Origin: an uncultured Butyrivibrio sp. | Lineage (GTDB): Bacteria > Bacillota > Clostridia > Lachnospirales > Lachnospiraceae | Direction: 5' to 3' | Length of the DNA stretch: 64,000 bases | Assembly: GCA_947168335.1 (NCBI GenBank) | Contig: CAMVLM010000001.1 | Location: 36,997-100,996 of the forward strand | In this document: in pieces, positions 60,154 to 64,000 of the stretch | How the letters are laid out: each line of letters starts with the position of its first letter | Position numbering within the stretch: the first letter of the stretch is position 1 | The notes under the pieces: generated by a model | The model's input: the letters and a program-made list of their open reading frames with translations, nothing else | Database searches by the model: none | Told to the model about the DNA's origin: nothing | Position numbers and translations under genes: made by a program

Positions 60154-61176
60154 ATGAGCCAGAAAATCTACGAACTGAAAAACATAACAAAGATATATCG
60201 AAATGAAGGTAAGGAATTCACAGCTCTAAAAAATGTGAGCCTTGATATTAATGAAGGTGAGATATTCGGAATTATCGGAATGAGTGGTGCCGGAAAATCT
60301 ACTCTTGTCAGAACCCTGAACCGTCTGGAGGAAATTGACGAAGGAGAGATTTTGTATTATGGCGAAAACCTGGGAAGTCTAAGATCAAAGGAGCTCAGGA
60401 AAAAAAGGCATTCGATTTCAATGATATTTCAGAGCTTTAATCTTCTGACACAGAAAAGCGTTCTTGAAAATGTGATGATACCTCTTAAGATTGCCAAGGT
60501 ACCGAGGAATGAGCGGAAAAAGACAGCCCTTGAAATGCTGAAAATAGTAGGTCTTGAGGACAAGCAGGCAGTATTTCCCTCTCAGTTGTCAGGTGGTCAA
60601 AGACAGAGAGTCGCAATAGCAAGAGCACTTGCTGCAAATCCAAAGGTTCTTCTCTGCGATGAAGCAACATCAGCCCTTGATCCCAAGATAACAGAAGAAA
60701 TACTTGACCTTCTGCAAAAAATTAACAGGGAAAGAAAACTGACCATAATTATCATTACTCATGAGATGGCAGTAGTTGAAAAAATCTGCGACAGAGTGGC
60801 AATTATCGACAATGGACAACTTGCGGAAGTTGGTGAAGTAAAGGAAATCTTTGCAGCACCAAAATCAGAAGCAGCAAAGCATCTGGTATTTCCCAATAGT
60901 GCAAAGGATATCATCAATCCATATGATGCATCACATCCTGACAGCCGTATAGTCAGAATAGCTTTTGACGGACTCAGCGCAAATGAACCTTTCATTTCAA
61001 ATCTTGTGGAAGATACAGGAAGGAAGGTCAATATCCTGAGTGCCAATACCAGGAGTGTAGGCGGTATAGGATTTGGACAGATGGTCGTGGAACTTCCAAA
61101 TGAAAAGGAAGACCAGCAGATAGTTCTTGATTATTTCAGAGGAAAAGGACTTAGCGTAGTGGAGGTGAATGAATAA
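60154..61176 (+). CDS. metN: Methionine ABC transporter ATPase
   Basis: GMSGAGKS, LSGGQRQR, CDEATSALDP, C-terminal NIL domain. Confidence 0.95.
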   Translation: MSQKIYELKNITKIYRNEGKEFTALKNVSLDINEGEIFGIIGMSGAGKSTLVRTLNRLEEIDEGEILYYGENLGSLRSKELRKKRHSISMIFQSFNLLTQKSVLENVMIPLKIAKVPRNERKKTALEMLKIVGLEDKQAVFPSQLSGGQRQRVAIARALAANPKVLLCDEATSALDPKITEEILDLLQKINRERKLTIIIITHEMAVVEKICDRVAIIDNGQLAEVGEVKEIFAAPKSEAAKHLVFPNSAKDIINPYDASHPDSRIVRIAFDGLSANEPFISNLVEDTGRKVNILSANTRSVGGIGFGQMVVELPNEKEDQQIVLDYFRGKGLSVVEVNE

Positions 61177-61829
61177 TGGGAGATTATTTAAAGGATGCGA
61201 TTATTCTTGGTATTGGTGAGACCCTGCAGATGACATTTTTCTCATCAGTATTTGCCTATATTTTGGGACTACCCGTGGGAATAATCCTGTATGCAACAGC
61301 AAGCGGTCATCTTCTTGAGAACAAAACAGTGAACCTGATAATGGGAACAATAGTAAATATCTTAAGATCACTGCCCTTTCTTATCTTACTTGTTCTGATG
61401 ATCCCAGTAACAAGACTTATCGTAGGATCATCAATAGGAACAACTGCATCTATTGTTCCGTTAACGGTAGGTGCGATTCCGATAGTAGCAAGAATGGTGG
61501 AATCATCACTTAATGAAGTGCCTTCGGGAATAATTGAGGCAGGCAATTCAATGGGAGCAAGCCCGTTATTTATAATCCTGCACTTTATAATACCGGAAGC
61601 TGTACCGTCACTTCTTCTTGGTGGAGCAATAAACGTGGCAACAATACTTGGATATTCAGCAATGGCCGGTGTTATAGGTGGCGGCGGACTTGGAGCAATT
61701 GCCCTTCAGTACGGCTATTACAGATATGAAAAAACAGTACTCTGGATAACAGTGGCAATGCTTGTGATCATGGTAATGCTCATTCAGGAATCCGGCGGAT
61801 TTCTGGCAAAGAAAGTAAGGAAATCATAA
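61176..61829 (+). CDS. metI: Methionine ABC transporter permease
   Basis: NILRSLPFLIL, GYSAMAGVIGGGGLG. Confidence 0.94.
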   Translation: MGDYLKDAIILGIGETLQMTFFSSVFAYILGLPVGIILYATASGHLLENKTVNLIMGTIVNILRSLPFLILLVLMIPVTRLIVGSSIGTTASIVPLTVGAIPIVARMVESSLNEVPSGIIEAGNSMGASPLFIILHFIIPEAVPSLLLGGAINVATILGYSAMAGVIGGGGLGAIALQYGYYRYEKTVLWITVAMLVIMVMLIQESGGFLAKKVRKS

Positions 61830-61883
61830 TGTATATTCCGCTGTTTTCCTTATAATTCGGAGGGTTGTTACAGACGTATTCAG

Positions 61884-61900
61884 TATAGGCAAAAGCTATA
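61884..61900. promoter_or_regulatory. LysR operator upstream of metQ
   Basis: TATAG-GCAAAAG-CTATA perfect TATAG-N7-CTATA palindrome. Confidence 0.72.
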
Positions 61901-62026
61901 ACACACCATAGAATTCATGTATTTTACGGGAATAAGATAAGCATTTATATTATAGACATAACAAACAAGCAAACAGAAAATACCTCAAAGAAAAGAATAT
62001 GGGAGAGGTTAAAAGGAGGAAAAATT

Positions 62027-62968
62027 ATGAAAAAGAAACTTATTACACTCGGACTTACACTTACAATAGCATTTACCGCTGTAGCATGCGGATCAGCAAA
62101 GGCAGACTCATCTGAAAAGGAAAACTCAAGTGAAACAGTTGAGATTTCAGAGGACAAGACAGCTACAGCAGATTCAGCAGAATCTTCAGAGTCTGCATCA
62201 GATGAAGCTGAGACAGCAGAATCAGCTGAGACAACAACAAGCACAACAATCAAGGTAGGGGCAAACATCACTCCTCATTCGGAGATACTGGAAGTTGCAA
62301 AGCCTATCCTTGCTGAGCAGGGCATCGATCTTGAAATCGTAAAGATTGAGGATTCCGTAACACCTAACATTGGGGTATCTGAAGGAAGCCTTGATGCCAA
62401 CTACTTCCAGCATGTTCCTTACCTTGAACAGTATAACGAAGAGAACGGTACAGACCTTGTTTCTGTAGGTGCTATCCACTACGAACCCTTCGGAATCTAT
62501 GCAGGAAAGACAAAGGATCTTGCTGAACTTCCTGATGGAGCAACTGTAGCAGTACCCAACAACGTAACAAATGAAGCAAGAGCACTTCTTCTCCTTGCAC
62601 AGGAAGGACTCCTTACACTTAAGGATGATGCAGGAATCGAGGCAACTGTAGCAGATATCGTAGAGAATCCTAAGAACATTCAGATCAAAGAGCTTGCTCC
62701 CGAGCAGCTTGTACAGGCACTTGCAGATGTTGATGTAGCAGTCATCAATGGTAACTACGCAATTGAGGGTGGACTTCACGTAAGCCAGGCACTTGCAGTT
62801 GAGGCAAATGACGGTCTTGCAGCAACAACATACGGAAACATCATCGCAACAACACCTGATAAGGCAAATGATCCTGCAATTGCAGCTCTTGTAGAAGTAC
62901 TTCAGGGCAGCGAAGTTAAGGAATTTATCGAGAATACATATGACGGAGCAGTAGTTCCGCTTAACTAA
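62027..62968 (+). CDS. metQ: Methionine-binding lipoprotein MetQ/NlpA
   Basis: Lipobox AVAC, DANYFQHVPYL, PNNVTNEARAL, INGNY. Confidence 0.94.
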   Translation: MKKKLITLGLTLTIAFTAVACGSAKADSSEKENSSETVEISEDKTATADSAESSESASDEAETAESAETTTSTTIKVGANITPHSEILEVAKPILAEQGIDLEIVKIEDSVTPNIGVSEGSLDANYFQHVPYLEQYNEENGTDLVSVGAIHYEPFGIYAGKTKDLAELPDGATVAVPNNVTNEARALLLLAQEGLLTLKDDAGIEATVADIVENPKNIQIKELAPEQLVQALADVDVAVINGNYAIEGGLHVSQALAVEANDGLAATTYGNIIATTPDKANDPAIAALVEVLQGSEVKEFIENTYDGAVVPLN

Positions 62969-63072
62969 GCACATATGATGGAGCGGATGCTCCAAACTAA
63001 TCAGAAACAGATGGGCGCCTTCTTTCATTCGGAAGGTGTCCTCTTAAATAAATTAAGACGGAGGATTATAAA

Positions 63073-64000
63073 ATGATAGGTTTTAACTACTATAATCCTG
63101 CAAAAATAGTATTCGGCGAAGAAAGTGAAAAGAAAATCGGGGAGCTCTTAAAGGAGAACAACGCAAAAAGCGTGCTTCTTGTATACAGTGGGGAATTCAT
63201 CAAGGATCTCGGAATATATGCAGCCATTAAAGATGCTGTGAATGAGCTGGGAATAAAGCTTTTCGAAAATGGAGAAGTTGTACCTAACCCGGACATAGAA
63301 CTTGTAAGGAAACTTGTAGAGCTGGGAAAGGAAAATGGTGTAGATTTCGTACTGGCTGTAGGTGGGGGAAGTTCAATTGATACAGCCAAGGCGATTTCTA
63401 TAGGAATTCCATATGAGGGGGATACATGGGATTTCTTTGAAAAAGGAGTGATTCCTGAGAAAGTGCTTCCTGTGGGAGTTATAGCAACCACAGCATCCAG
63501 CGGATCAGAGACATCAAATGCAGCAATCATATCCAATGGAGAATGGAAACTTGGTTTTGAGGATGACAGGATCATTCCTAAATTTGCAATAATGAATCCA
63601 AGATTTACCGCATCACTGCCCTGGTATCAGACAGCAGTAGGAATTGCAGATGTACTTTCACATCTTTTAGAGAGATACTTTTCAGACACAAAGTATTCAG
63701 ACACAACAGATTATCTCATAGAGGGAGCAATCAGAGCACTTCTTCTTAATGCAGACAGATTAAAGAAAAATCCGACTGATGTGAATGCAAGAGGAGAAGT
63801 ACAATGGCTTGCAAGTGTAGCCCACAACAATTTCCTTGATGCAGGCAGAGAAGCAGACTGGGGATCTCACAGGATAGAACACGAGTTATCTGCTCAGTAC
63901 AACATTACTCACGGTGAAGGTATGGCAGTTGTAACATCAGCCTGGGTTAAGTATTCAGCAAAAATAAAACCCTGGAGAGCTGCACTTCTTGCAAGCAGAG
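63073..64000 (+). CDS. Iron-containing alcohol dehydrogenase (BdhA/YqhD-like), truncated by window end
   Basis: GGAGG RBS, MIGFNYYNPAKIVFG, VGGGSSID, TTASSGSE, DVLSHLLERY, HRIEHELS, HGEG. Confidence 0.9.
   Translation, partial: MIGFNYYNPAKIVFGEESEKKIGELLKENNAKSVLLVYSGEFIKDLGIYAAIKDAVNELGIKLFENGEVVPNPDIELVRKLVELGKENGVDFVLAVGGGSSIDTAKAISIGIPYEGDTWDFFEKGVIPEKVLPVGVIATTASSGSETSNAAIISNGEWKLGFEDDRIIPKFAIMNPRFTASLPWYQTAVGIADVLSHLLERYFSDTKYSDTTDYLIEGAIRALLLNADRLKKNPTDVNARGEVQWLASVAHNNFLDAGREADWGSHRIEHELSAQYNITHGEGMAVVTSAWVKYSAKIKPWRAALLASR

Noticed and set aside
62222..63028. 268-aa antisense ORF
   Set aside because: Shadow of the codon-biased metQ gene; Cys-rich nonsense composition, no RBS

Overview
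Replication-origin region of a low-GC Firmicute chromosome (Lachnospiraceae/Butyrivibrio-like by gene content; taxon is an inference). The conserved core is serS-DUF4446-parB-parA-rsmG-mnmG-mnmE-jag-yidC-yidD-rnpA-rpmH <- oriC -> dnaA-dnaN-yaaA-recF-gyrB-gyrA, with DnaA boxes on both sides of dnaA and four parS palindromes. The left flank holds trxA, trmB, a D,D-carboxypeptidase, a DEDDh exonuclease, a clostripain, a tightly coupled signalling operon (GAF-GGDEF cyclase, MBL-fold hydrolase, secreted FecR/repeat protein, NHL lipoprotein, CHASE2 adenylate cyclase), a Y-family polymerase/YolD pair, pepF, a GGDEF-EAL protein, a PPDK_N-like protein behind an ANTAR-like attenuator and tRNA-Arg(CCT). 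The right flank holds a degenerate GGDEF protein coupled to gyrA, a SWIM-SNF2 ATPase, a 68-aa protein with a FliM-type CheY-binding motif, xth, an MBOAT/SGNH/GT-C cluster, RpiR, reverse rubrerythrin and a LysR-controlled sulfur amino-acid cluster (mccAB, AhpD-like, metNIQ, Fe-ADH). No IS element, prophage or CRISPR array was seen. Best novelty candidates: the cAMP/c-di-GMP surface-sensing operon (6424-14166), the CheY-decoy-like microprotein (49137-49343) and the ANTAR-controlled PPDK_N-like protein (19760-22427). All calls are from manual motif reading; no database searches were run.
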